A model generated the notes under the pieces. The model saw nothing but the letters and a program-made list of their open reading frames with translations, did not search any database and was not told the DNA's origin. Both the position numbers and the translations under genes were made by a program. Source: Octopus vulgaris (taxonomy: Eukaryota). From it: a stretch of 64,000 bases of DNA. The stretch lies in assembly GCA_951406725.2 (NCBI GenBank), contig OX597833.1:28830001-28894000 (forward strand). Direction: 5' to 3'. Shown here piece after piece: positions 12,289 through 23,914 of this stretch (within the stretch, counting starts at the first letter, position 1; every line of letters starts with the position of its first letter).

Positions 12289-14279
12289 CAGATTTTCTCC
12301 CCGACAATGAAAAATGTCATGTATTTTATATTAATTTTATAAATGTTGATTACGTCTTAGAGAGCAATTACCGCGCTATGGTCTCGATCCAGAATTCAGC
12401 CAAATTCACTCCTCGTATTCTTCGGCTGACACTTCTTACTCGCAGTTTTTTAAAAATATGTTTATTCTTTTTTTTTAACAGTTCTTGAAATGTTACAGAA
12501 GCAAAACTAAATACATAGTTTTCTGCTTCGTGACATTGTATTCATTTTATTTATTTTTTATTAAAAATAAATTAAAATTTTAAAAAAAAATATTCTATCA
12601 ATAGAATTAAAACCTGTTAGCTAAGGTGTATCGCTGACAATTTGTCATTCTTTTCTCATTGGCTCAGTCCACCTTACCTATAAACTTCAACGAATTTCAA
12701 TGTCTCGATAGTACTGATAGGTTTTTTTTTACATGGGAATCCAGGATTTTTGTGGGGAGTATTGCCAAAGGTTTCGAAAAAATACTTTATAAGGTGGGAA
12801 TCACAATTCGTAACATTTGGAGGCAATTTCATGTATTTTAACTTTGTTGTAGCAGACCGTATGTGTATGAAACAGTAATGCTGTGAAACTACTGAAAATA
12901 AACATTGGTCCCAATTTTTTTTTTTTTTTTGGTGTCGACTCGACTAGAAAGGGTGTTGCCCTAGTTGCCCGGGTATCACCCCTGCATCCGTGTTTTAGGT
13001 GACTATGTTTCTCTCCGTTTGGTGGTTTCAAGAAAACAAATAAATCTTGACAGTACGCTAATCTCTCACAGATAACATTCCTCAATGATATTATGCCACT
13101 TATTTATCCAACAGTCGAGTTTACACAAAGTGAAATTAAGTCTACAGAACAGCCCAAGCGCAAAAGATTTGTTGCGAGTCAAACCTTTGCGTTAGTGCTC
13201 GACCTTCTTGAGAAAAGCTGGTAAATTTTTTCAAATCAGGCTAGCCATGTAAAACAAACGACGAATTATTAGCCATGTAAAACAGACGACGTGTCCTAGC
13301 ATTGCACTTATAAATGAATATTAAACTAATCTCCCTCTCTCTTTCTCCCCCCCCCCTCCACACACAATGTAGAAGTTTCAGTTTGTGCTAATTGCCTTTC
13401 CAAGTAGAATTCCAGTTCACTTATGACAGATTTGTGATCGAGCCTGTGGTAGTGGAGACCCCCCGGACTAAATCCTTGCTCACAGCTATCAGGACAGAGA
13501 TGACTATCCGCAAGTGCGAGCCCCGTGAGTCGGAGTGACTGTTCTAGCGAATCTCGCTCGCCCTCCTCCGAGGCAACGCTTTTTCTGTTTGTCCATGATA
13601 CGGACCTAGAAGTCTTTTTAGTTTTCATTGTTGTATCTCTAAAAAAAAAACAACCTAGTTTACACACTATCGTCTGACGTGGTTACAATTAGTAGGCGCA
13701 GAAATATCCGGTGCTTCGTTATCTTGTCGGGATGGTCTTAAGTCGTAATAGAGGCCAAAAATCATAGTATATCAGCAGTAGCCGTTATTAGTAACTAGCA
13801 GAAAGACCGCCATCCCGGGGGGTTTCTATTGCTCACTTGATGATATTTATACATTTGATTCCCATTCCTGTAATTCCTCTATTGTTACGTCCGATTTTTA
13901 TTTGTAACCTTCATTCGTCTAATAGTACTCACTCCTTCAGTGAATAAATTTAGAATAATAGGAAGCACTAAAAGGTAGCGTTAGAATTTAATTAACTTAA
14001 TTCAGCTATGTTAATCTCTCTTTTAAACAAGCTCAAAGCAGCCCATCCTCTACATGTCCATTAATGTGCTAAAAATAGTAGGGATCACGCGGGTATCTTT
14101 TAAAGTCTATAGCATACTAACCAGCCATACCAACAAATTTACTGCTGATAATTTTGCTTTTCAAATTACACCGGTATCTTTGGAAACTTTCATTTTATTA
14201 AAAAATAATCATTTAACAAATTCCAAAAGGAAAATGGTAGAAAAGTCCTTAAAAGTTTTCTTTTTCAACATAATAAACG

Positions 14280-14480
14280 CAGGCGGGGTTGGGTGGTAAA
14301 AAGCTTGCGTTCCAGCCACAGGATTTCGGGTTCAATCCCACTGCGTGGCACCTTGGGTAAGTGTCTTCTACTGTAACCTCGAGCTGATCAAACCCTTGTG
14401 AGTGGATTCGGTAGATAGAAACTGAAAGAAGCCTGCTTTACATATGTATGTATGTATGTATACACACACACATACACAGG

Positions 14481-14516
<36 letters not shown>

Positions 14517-14724
14517 GTTCAAATTTACAGAAAACAAAAGCCGAAGATAGGTGAAGGAAAAACAAGCAAGTGTAATAGTTAAAAGCTCGGGAAGAAGGGC
14601 AAAGTCTTTGACGTTTCGAGCCTACGCTCTTCGTCAGAAAGGGTTGAAAAAAGAAACAAAAAAAACGGAAAGAAAAAATGTGTAGGCGTTAACGGTTCAA
14701 CATGATGAAGAAATATATATACAC

Positions 14725-14783
<59 letters not shown>

Positions 14784-14960
14784 ATGTGTGTGTCTTCGCA
14801 TTTGTCTACCACAACCAGGCGATAGAATAAGTACCAGGCTTCTACAAAAAAAAAAGAAACGAAAAAGTACTGGGATCGATAAATTCGATTACATTTCTTC
14901 AAGACAGTGCTCCAACATGGCCGTAGGCCATGAAACAAGTACAAGAATAAGAGAATTGTA
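14280..14960 (+). mobile_element. Diverged SINE family A copy, split by microsatellite and a Penelope-like fragment
   Basis: Head with B-box-like gggttcaatccc at about 14328; body gaaactgaaagaagcc; tail gatagaataagtacc...gaaacaagta. Confidence 0.7.
14607..14641 (-). ncRNA. Minimal hammerhead-like motif (no helix III loop)
   Basis: Minus strand reads cttt-CTGACGA-a-gagc-gtag-gctc-GAAA-C-GTC-aaag. Confidence 0.6.
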
Positions 14961-15185
14961 ATCTACATCATCAAAATATTAAATTTCTGAGAAAACAAAG
15001 TCGAGGCGTGTGAGTTATCTGTAACACCTCTCTCCGCTCCCTTCAAAATACACTTTTCTCAACAAATACCTATATAATCGTTAGTTTACACCATCTAAAA
15101 CATATCTTTAAAAAATTTTATGAAAAAATATCCCTTTTTCAGAAAGTTATGAGGAAACAAAGTTGGATGGGAAAATACGTTAGAC

Positions 15186-15320
15186 TAGTGGTTTTCAACC
15201 ATTTTTTGTCAATGGACCCTTGGATTCCTATTTTACTTAGAGTGGGGGGTATCCTCATAGCCATTCAATGTCTAAAAATTCTTTATTAGATTTTTATGAT
15301 TAAGTATTAAGTTTGGCGAA
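15186..15320 (-). mobile_element. One end of the hAT-type MITE family seen at 42025-42279
   Basis: Reverse-complement similarity to 42180-42279 (tagtggttttcaacc terminus). Confidence 0.55.
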
Positions 15321-15577
15321 ATACCTTATTGATGTGTCTATAGAAAAGTAGCACATCGAAGTGTATAAGAGAGAGTGAGAGAGAGAGAGGAGGAGGAGAG
15401 AGAGAAAAAGAGAGAGATAGATAGGGGGAGAAAGAGGAGGAGGAAAAAACAAAGAGAATAGTCTATTTCCCCGTGTTAAAAACGCTATCTCGCGTTTTAG
15501 GTTTCACAGTTAGGTTTTCTAATATTTAAATTTATTTCAGTCCTTCTGATTCACACTGTGTTGTATATAAAATATAC

Positions 15578-15810
15578 CACCGTGATCACCGTGACCGACC
15601 AGGCTATCACGTGTTGCTACACATCGCTGGTCACAATGCGCTTCGCATTGTTTTAGCCTTCAAATGATGCCACCCCGCTGGCTAAGCGAGCAGGCCAACA
15701 GAAGAAGGAGTGAGAGAAGGTTGTGGCGAAAGAGTACGGCAGGGATGACCACCACCCCCTGCCGGAGCCTCGTGGAGTTTTAGGTATTTTCGTTCAATAA
15801 ACACTCACAA
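15578..15810 (-). mobile_element. SINE family C fragment (other pieces at 57826-58001 and 60541-60663)
   Basis: Shared blocks gttgctacacatcgctggtcacaatgcgcttcgc and gccggagcctcgtggag; the tRNA-like head is present in the 57.9-kb copy. Confidence 0.7.
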
Positions 15811-17325
15811 TTAATGTCGAACCGACAAAAGCACAAATATGTAAATGAAGCTGACAGCCTTTGTAGGTGTAGATAAATGTAAATACTGTTGGTTGAAGAA
15901 GGTAAAAGAATACGTGTGTGAGGAGCGGTCAACAACAAGCGGTGAAATGGCTCGTCAGGAAAGGAGATGGAATTGTCACTTCCGGAGTGTAAGAGCTAAG
16001 CAACAACACCACCACCACCAACACCACAACAGCACCAACTACAATAAAACAAAATTCATTCGTTCAACTCCATGACGATCTATTGACAGGATCGTTAGAA
16101 CATAGGACAAAATGAAACACTTTGTGATATTTGTTCAAGCTCTTTGCACTGAATCTGAATCCTGCTGAGGCCAGCTTTGCATTTCATATTCTGGGGACAA
16201 TAAATAAAGTACAACCTTTCTAGAATGATCTAATAAATGTCGTAGTATGTGTTCTGGTTCTTTGTGTCCTCAGTTCTTCGAGAGTAGACTGGGTCCCTCG
16301 ATAGGTTTGACACCACTACCTGGTCCTTGGGCACCTTTAGCAAAGTTCACGCAGCTCTCTCAGTATTTGGACCAGGAAATTTGAAGTCAACTTCCTCCCG
16401 TCCTCTCACCAACCTGGGAGACACTGAACAAAAGTTTCAGGGGCGTTACCTAAAAAGTAAATCAAAATTACAGAGGTATGTCATTATAATAAGGTTATAC
16501 TTTTTATGGTAGCCATATGTTTCTCCAAATCTCTCACTATCTTATTTCTCATTCTCTCTATCCTTGTCCCTGTCTCTATCTTCTTTACTCTCTCTTCCTC
16601 ACTATCTCTCTCCTCTCCCTCACTATCTCTATCCTCTCCCCCACCTATCCCTCTCTCCTCCCTTTCTTTATCTATTTTCTTTCCTCTTTCTGACGAAGGG
16701 ACCTGCTCGAAACGTCACCCCCACTTCCTTTTTCCATCTTAAAATTTCTCCGGGCGTCAATCTAATTTCTTCACTGTGTACGTCCCTTTGATTTTTGTCG
16801 TTTTTTCTGCTTTTGTTTTTTTTATTTTTAATTTGCCTATACAGCAATACCTCACTTTATGAGGACTTGCTTTACGAGATCCCGAGTTTTATTTTACAAT
16901 AAATAAAGATTACAGTCTTTTTGTGTGTGTGTGTGTGTGGCAACGTAGCAACATATAGCAAACTGGTTCTAATGCGTCTATACAGCTGAATATCGCGATG
17001 GAATAATTCGGTCTACAAATGATGGTGTGTGCGAGTCTAGTGCGAGTGAAAGTGATTCAGAAAACTATTATAATATTTTTTATCATAAAATATCTTGACA
17101 TTATTTTTACTTTACATAAAATATTCTTTACATCCCACTGTTGTTTTATTGCCATTTATTTACGGATATTACAAATGTTATAGGTAAAATATTTTTCTGG
17201 GCACGTATTACGATTTATAACATTGCTACTATGGGTAATTATTTCTATGCTTTACGGGTTCTTGCTGTATGTACGGTCTCCGGGAACAAATTAACTTGTA
17301 TATCTAAGCATTACTGTATATATAA

Positions 17326-17839
17326 CTAGCAGTATCGCCCGGCGTTGCTCGGGTTTGTAAGGGAAATAACTATATAAACATTTTTAGAGAGTTACTTCCC
17401 TTATAGATGCCAATTCGGGCTTTCTTAGCTATTTCTGTTTTGGTGTCTTCAAGCCATGAAGTCGTTGTTCTAAAAGAACGCTGGTCTCCTTGACAACGCT
17501 TTACGACGTTGATTTCCTTACACTCCCTTCCCCACAGCTTCACGAGGGAGGGAAGAAGGGGGAGAAGCAAACAGGTGCAAGTGTGACCATGGACGCCAAC
17601 TCCGCCGCCATCGACACACGAAAAAATATGCATTAAAATGGAATAAAAAATGATGTTAAATTATTTTTAAAATCGTAGACTCATCGTAGACGCGCGCTAA
17701 TACTCAGACGGGCTCGATATGAATCACGACTATAAGATATCCGAATTTGGTTAAACTGCACCGCAAAATGTGGGAGTAGTTAGGAATCTAAATCGAAGGG
17801 GACAGACACTCACACAACTACAGTTTTATATATATAGAT
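17326..17839 (-). mobile_element. Non-autonomous Helitron
   Basis: Minus strand starts TCTATATATATAAAAC and ends with hairpin cccgagcaacgccggg followed by CTAG; same 3' end as 45858-46238. Confidence 0.75.
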
Positions 17840-18097
17840 ATATCATCTTTACTTTGCTATCTCCCCTACTTCTTCGCTCTCCTGTGTGACCTTTCTGTCC
17901 GGCAGTCGCCATGATAGATCGGTAGCAACTACACACATTTTTTTTGTTTCCTTGCTTTTTCTGTGTCCCTTTCTGTAGAAGAGCGTAGGCTCGAAACGTA
18001 AAAGACTTTTTCTATTCCTGAGCGTTATACTAATACATCTGTTTGTTTTGTACACCACCTGTCTTCGCCTTTTGCTTTTTTAGTCAACTCTCCCTAC

Positions 18098-18176
<79 letters not shown>

Positions 18177-18834
18177 CGCGTGTGTGTGCGTGTGTGTGTG
18201 CGTGTGTGTGCGTGTGTTTGTGTGTGTGTGTGTATATGTATATGTATGTGTATATATATATGTATATATATATGTATGTGCATATAATATGTGTGTATGT
18301 ATGTATGTATGTATGCATGTATGTATGTATACATGCATGTATATTGGCATGTTGAACAGTCACATTAATCCCTATACATTTTTCTCTCTGTCCGTTTCCC
18401 CCCCCCCCCTGTTCTCTATTCATTTTTTCCCCCTCAACTATTGAAGAGCGTAGCTTCGAAACGTCAAAGACTTTTCCATTCTTCCCTTACCTGTCTTCGT
18501 CTTTAGTTTTCTGTAAATTTTAGCTATATGTGTGTGTGCGTGTGTGTGTGTGTGTGTGTTTTACCGTTAAAGTATGTAATTCAGTTATTTCATGGAATAA
18601 CTACGTATCACATGAATTTCCTCGCTGAATCAGTGAAGGTGTATAAAATTATTACATTCTACAATTTTATAGAATAATTAGTTTTTTTTATAAATTAACT
18701 GATGATAAATAGTTAAGGTACTTTACAAAATGCCTTTTTTTTTCAATAAAAAATATTACAAAAACTTTATGCAAAGCCTTCATTTTATTTTTTTTAAATG
18801 CGTGCTTGCAATAAACATTTATGTTAAATAAAAA

Positions 18835-19563
18835 CGTTTTTCTCTATTGTAGGCACAAGGCCCAAAATTTTTGGGGAGGAGGCCAGTCGATTAGATCGAC
18901 CCCAGTACGCAACTGAATTTGAACTCAAAACGTAACGACAGACGAAATACTTATTTCTTTACTACCCACAAGAGGCTAAACACAGAGAAGACAAACAAGG
19001 ACAGACACACGGATTAAGTTGATTATATCGACCCCAGTGCGTAACTGGTACTTATTTAATTGACCCCGAAAGGATGAAAGTCAAAGTCGACCTCGGCGGA
19101 ATTTGGACTCAGAACGTAACGGCAGACGAAATACCTATTTCTTTACTACCCACAAGGGGCTAAACACAGAGAGGACAAACAAGGACAGACACACGGATTA
19201 AATGGATTATATCGACCCAGTGCGTAACTGGTACTTATTTAATCGACCCCGAAAGGATGAAAGGCAAAGTCGACCTCGGCGGAATTTGGACTCAGAACGA
19301 AATACCTATTTGGACTCAGACGAAATACCTATTTCTTTACTACCCACAAGGGGCTAAACACAGAAAGGACAAACAAGGACAGACACACGGATTAAGTCGA
19401 TTATATCGACATCAGTGCGTAACTGGTACTTATTTAATCGACCTCGAAAGGATGAAAGGCAAAGTCGACCTCGGCGGAATTAGGACCCAGAACGTAGCGA
19501 CAGACGAAATACTGCTAAGCATTTCGCCCGGCGTGCTAACACTTCTGCCAGCTTGCCGCCTTC
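18835..19563 (-). mobile_element. Head-to-tail array (about 3.5 units of about 190 bp) of tRNA-derived SINE family B
   Basis: Repeated gaaaggatgaaaggcaaagtcgacctcggcggaatt; full head only in the rightmost unit; ttaaataaaaa on both flanks; monomer at 44017-44245. Confidence 0.85.
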
Positions 19564-19615
19564 TTAAATAAAAAAAAATATTACAAAAACTTTATCCAAA
19601 ACATTCATTTTAATT

Positions 19616-21110
19616 TTAATTATTTATTAGAACAAACATTACTGTGATGGCACTTAGAATTACATTGCATATTATTTTTGGAACAGGCACACTTTTTAGT
19701 ATCATATTGTGTTTTGTACAAAGCTTTTTTAAATCCTTTCTAGTGCTGGTACTTTGATCAGTAGCAACAGACCAAAGTGAATGAGATTTGTCTGACATTA
19801 ATTTCATTTTCTTAGCTTGAGTTTCCAGACATTCTTTAGCTATGTGTCTTTCTTTCTCGATATTTATTTCATTTAAACATAACCTGCAGACCTTCCGTAC
19901 AATTTTGTTTTCTGTGTACCAGACTTCTGAGCATGACACATGGATAGGCTGCTCACATTTCCTGCAAAATAGGTTGTCTTTGCAATTTTTTGAACACACA
20001 ACACACACTTTCACAGTCTGATTCGGAGATGTTTCTTCGACGGAAACAGCATCATCATGTTCGGAGGATGCAGTAATAGCAATCAAGGCATTTTCAAATT
20101 GTTGTTCATCCTCCACTAATTCAAACACTTCCCTCGCAATAGGAGTTGTGGACAGTCCAACTCTAGGAGCACAGCCAAATATAGCCTCATAAGGCATTCT
20201 CTTTATAGCATAATGAAGCGCTTTGTTTTTCATGAATTTAATAAATTTAAGCCTGTGACTCCATGACGTAGACTGGTTGTCTTGTATTCAAGTTGTTAAC
20301 ATATTTTCGATGTCTTGGTTGGCCCTCTCACCGCTACCTTGACTCTGACTATGCCTTGGCTTACTATGTACGATCTTAAGTTATTTTCAAGTCGTTTATG
20401 AGTTTATTACAAAATTCCCTGCCGTTGTCGGACTGCAGAATACATGGAGCACTGAGCAATAAAAATATATCGAGCAACTATGTGGTGACTTCTTCTGCCC
20501 TCTTTGTTTGAAGACGTCTTAAAACTACAAACTTTGTTAAGTGGTCTTGTTACGCTAAAATAAATTCATAATTTCCATCAGGTTGAGACTGAAAATCTAT
20601 AAGGTCTACTTGACATCTTGAATTGAGATGCTAATATACCATGCCTTTCTTTCCCTTATTTCTTTTTTCTTGGCAAGGTTCACAAACACTTAAAAACAAC
20701 TTGATTTCATTCTGAGTAATGTTTTTATATCGACGATTGAGTTCTTTTATCATACGGTCTCTACTACCATGTCCAATAGATATATGCGTTTCGTATAAAA
20801 TATCGAACAGTGCATCGCTTGAACAATAAAAGACGACATCAGGTTTTTGCATCTGTCACCGACACTATTAATTTTTCTACTCCTTGAACTTCATGAACAT
20901 CATAACGCTTAATTAACCAACAGGCATGTAGTACTTTTTAAATGGTATTTTAGCATTCTTTATTCTGCTAACAAACTTAACTACTTTTTACGAGTAAGCA
21001 TAGCACTATTTTTCTTTTGTCTCACGCTTATTTAACAAAAAATTAAACCGCTCTTGCATTACGTCTTTTCTATTTATATGTTGATCTTTCATCCCTTCCA
21101 GACTCATCTT
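19616..21110 (-). pseudogene. KRBA2/SCAND3-like DDE integrase remnant (Ginger-type DNA transposon) with a C-terminal Cys-rich PHD-like region
   Basis: THISIGHGSRDRMIKELNRRY...CEPCQ (HHCC); SRCQVDLIDFQ; LQSDNGREF; KPRHSQSQGSGERANQDIE; MPYEAIFG; CVVC...CRKC...HVSC...CRLC; frameshifts and stops. Confidence 0.8.
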
Positions 21111-21594
21111 TTTAAATAAAATTTGCAAATATATGTACGTACAAATTAACTAACAAAACATACGTGCTCTACCTGACGGTTAACAACAATAACAGGGCTA
21201 GTAAATACAACATAATCAGTTCAAACAACGTTCACGTACCATCTTTAAAACTTTAACCATAGGGCAGTTGTTATTACATGGAAAAATGCGAGCATGACAA
21301 GTCATATTCTTAAGATTATAAACATGGAAAAGTACAGGACAAGCTATTACACCTGTAAAAGTATAGGACAAGGTATCACTTCTAGTAAAGTAAAGAATAA
21401 GAAACGTTTTACTTAAAATATTGCAGCAAAGAATGCCAGTTCTTCTAATTTATCACTTTTACAGTTCTCATCTTTTAAATTTATTGTACAAAACTGTTCA
21501 GCTAATTTGTAAGTTTGTCTAATTAGTCACATTTTCTGTATTTCTTCTGTATGTAAACTATAATAAAATAAGTTTTAATATCAAAATTTTAATT

Positions 21595-22480
21595 TTAGCT
21601 GCAATATAAATGACTAGTTATATCTACTAAAAATGCAAAGTCACTATGAAACTTTTTGTCTTCCAGTTCTATAATAGGAATACCGTAAATATCCATAAAA
21701 ATTTTCACCTCTTCCTTCAATTCATAAAATCGCTTAAGCGTTTGCGCCTTACTTAACCACTTAACTTCACAATGGTACAATAACTCTCCGTATTCAGCTT
21801 CAAGATCTTTCAAAATTTCTTTTAATTCCCTATTCAACCCTTTGCTTTTTATCAAATTAACGGCCTTAGTTTCAACTTTCATTACATTGCCAATATCGAG
21901 AGATTTTGCACATAAACTTCCCATATGAATGAAGCATGACACACAAAGTTTCCGGATCCAAAAGAAGCTTCTTAAATTCATTCTTAAACAGAGCTACGAA
22001 CCCTTTTTCACGACCTGCTGAATCAGATTTTAGAGAATTTTGAACGTTATCAGCAATATCTTTAATACGATCAGAAGCAGTTCTTCTTGATAAGCTAATA
22101 TTTCCAAACAAATTAAGTAAATCTGGGCATATATTCTCAACAGCAGTAAGGATACATTCTTTCACGAGTTCACCATCGTAACTGATTAAATTTCAAGAAC
22201 TGGTCTTTTAAAAAAAAGCTTGTCTTTTGGTCAGATTTTCTTTCAAGGAGGCTATCTTGTTAAAACGTTCAGATTCTTTCAAATTTCCATAGGTCTTACG
22301 CTTACTCACAAAATGCCTCACTAAATTATATATTTTATGAATGGCTATTCGCTCATTGCAAATAAGACAAATGCACGTGTTATCTACTTCATTAAAAAAA
22401 TAAAGTTCATTCAATTTTTCAACAAACAAAGCACGTTCACCAGCACTTCTTTTTATAAGATTTTAATAACCGCTTGCCAT
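21595..22480 (-). pseudogene. hAT (Charlie/SPIN, GTF2IRD2/EPM2AIP1-like) transposase remnant with an internal deletion
   Basis: BED finger CICLICNERIAIHKIYNLVRHF; DGELVKECILTAVENICP; ISLSRRT; ELLYHCEVKWLS; FAFLVDITSHL. Confidence 0.85.
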
Positions 22481-22954
22481 ATTGATAAAGGGTATTGAAA
22501 AATTGATTTAACAAAGTTATAAACCGGTTAAATTTATATTATCACTTGCGGAATTTTTGTTATTACCGCTGCTTGAGAAAAGCAAAAGCCAGCTGGCTCG
22601 TAGTCGTAATGTATGCATTTAGTGTTGTAAAAGTAGTAAAAAATATAAATCTGCAAAAGATTCAGATATTGTTTGGTTCTGCAAGGTTTAAGTTGATTTT
22701 TCTCTCTCCCTTGTCCACACAAGTATTGACAAGCGAGTGGATAGGGAAGGGCGATAACTGATAAGCCGATGGCAGATGAAAGTAACTCCTGTTGACCTTC
22801 TTGACACCGACTGATAGCAAAAATGCGACACCCCCTTCGAAAAACTTTATTTTTCACTGCTTTTTTCAGAAAAAAAGTTCGTAATATTTTTTTATAATCC
22901 TGTTCACAAAGCACCAAATTAATAGTTTCTGCTTCGATGAAGCTTTACCAATTT

Positions 22955-23070
22955 GTTCGATAAATTAAGTACCAGTTATGCACTGGGATCGATGTAATCG
23001 ACTTAATCTCTTTGTCTGTCCTTGTTTGTCCACTCTATGTTTAGCCCCTTGTGGGTAGTAAAGAAATAGA
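22955..23070 (+). mobile_element. SINE family B, 3' fragment
   Basis: cgataaattaagtaccagtt...gccccttgtgggtagtaaagaaata matches 44130-44245. Confidence 0.8.
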
Positions 23071-23480
23071 TATTATTAATGGATTTTAAAATATTTTTTT
23101 TTTTTTGCTTATCGATTGACAGAAAGAAGGTGAGTGTCGATTTCGGAGATTTCCTTCGTAAAAACGTGAAAAATGAAATAGGGACGAAAATTTAAATACT
23201 CGGATATGAATAATTTTTACACTGTATCTTCTACAACGCTTCAGCTTTCGTTTCATATAAAAATTATTTCGATACATGCAATATACTTTCAGTTTTCTCA
23301 GTTAAAGTGTAGTTGGGTCTGAAGGGGATGGTATAATCCTAGCAATATGCGTTTTATAGTGAAAACAAAATTTCCATTCAAATAGTAATTACCAGAGGAT
23401 TTCTGTTCGAGTCTGACCGTTTTATGTCATAGTGGAAACCCGACCTATGTCGCAAATAGGTTTACGAGAATTGAATAAAT

Positions 23481-23685
23481 CTTTTCTCTTTCTCTTTTTT
23501 ATCTTTTACTTGTTTCAGTCATTTGATTGCGGCCATGCTGGAGCACCGCCTTTAGTCGAGCAAATCGACCCCAGGACTTATTCTTTGTAAGCCTAGTACT
23601 TATTCTATCGGGTGTCTTTTGCCGAGCCGCTAAGATACGGGGACGTAAACACACCAGCTTCGGTTGTCAAGCGATGTTGGGGGCC

Positions 23686-23771
<86 letters not shown>

Positions 23772-23914
23772 TACGACGGGTTTCTTTCAGTTTCCGTCTA
23801 CCAAATCCACTCACAAAGCTTTGGTCGGCCCGAGGCTATAGTAGAAGACAAATGCCCAAGGTGCCACGCAGTGGGAATGAACCCGGAACCATGTGGTTAT
23901 TAAGCAAGCTACTT
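23481..23914 (-). mobile_element. SINE family A, body and 3' part; the head lies at 31585-31623
   Basis: Matches the intact copy at 58513-58880; sequence breaks at ttaagcaagctactt (23900-23914). Confidence 0.9.
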
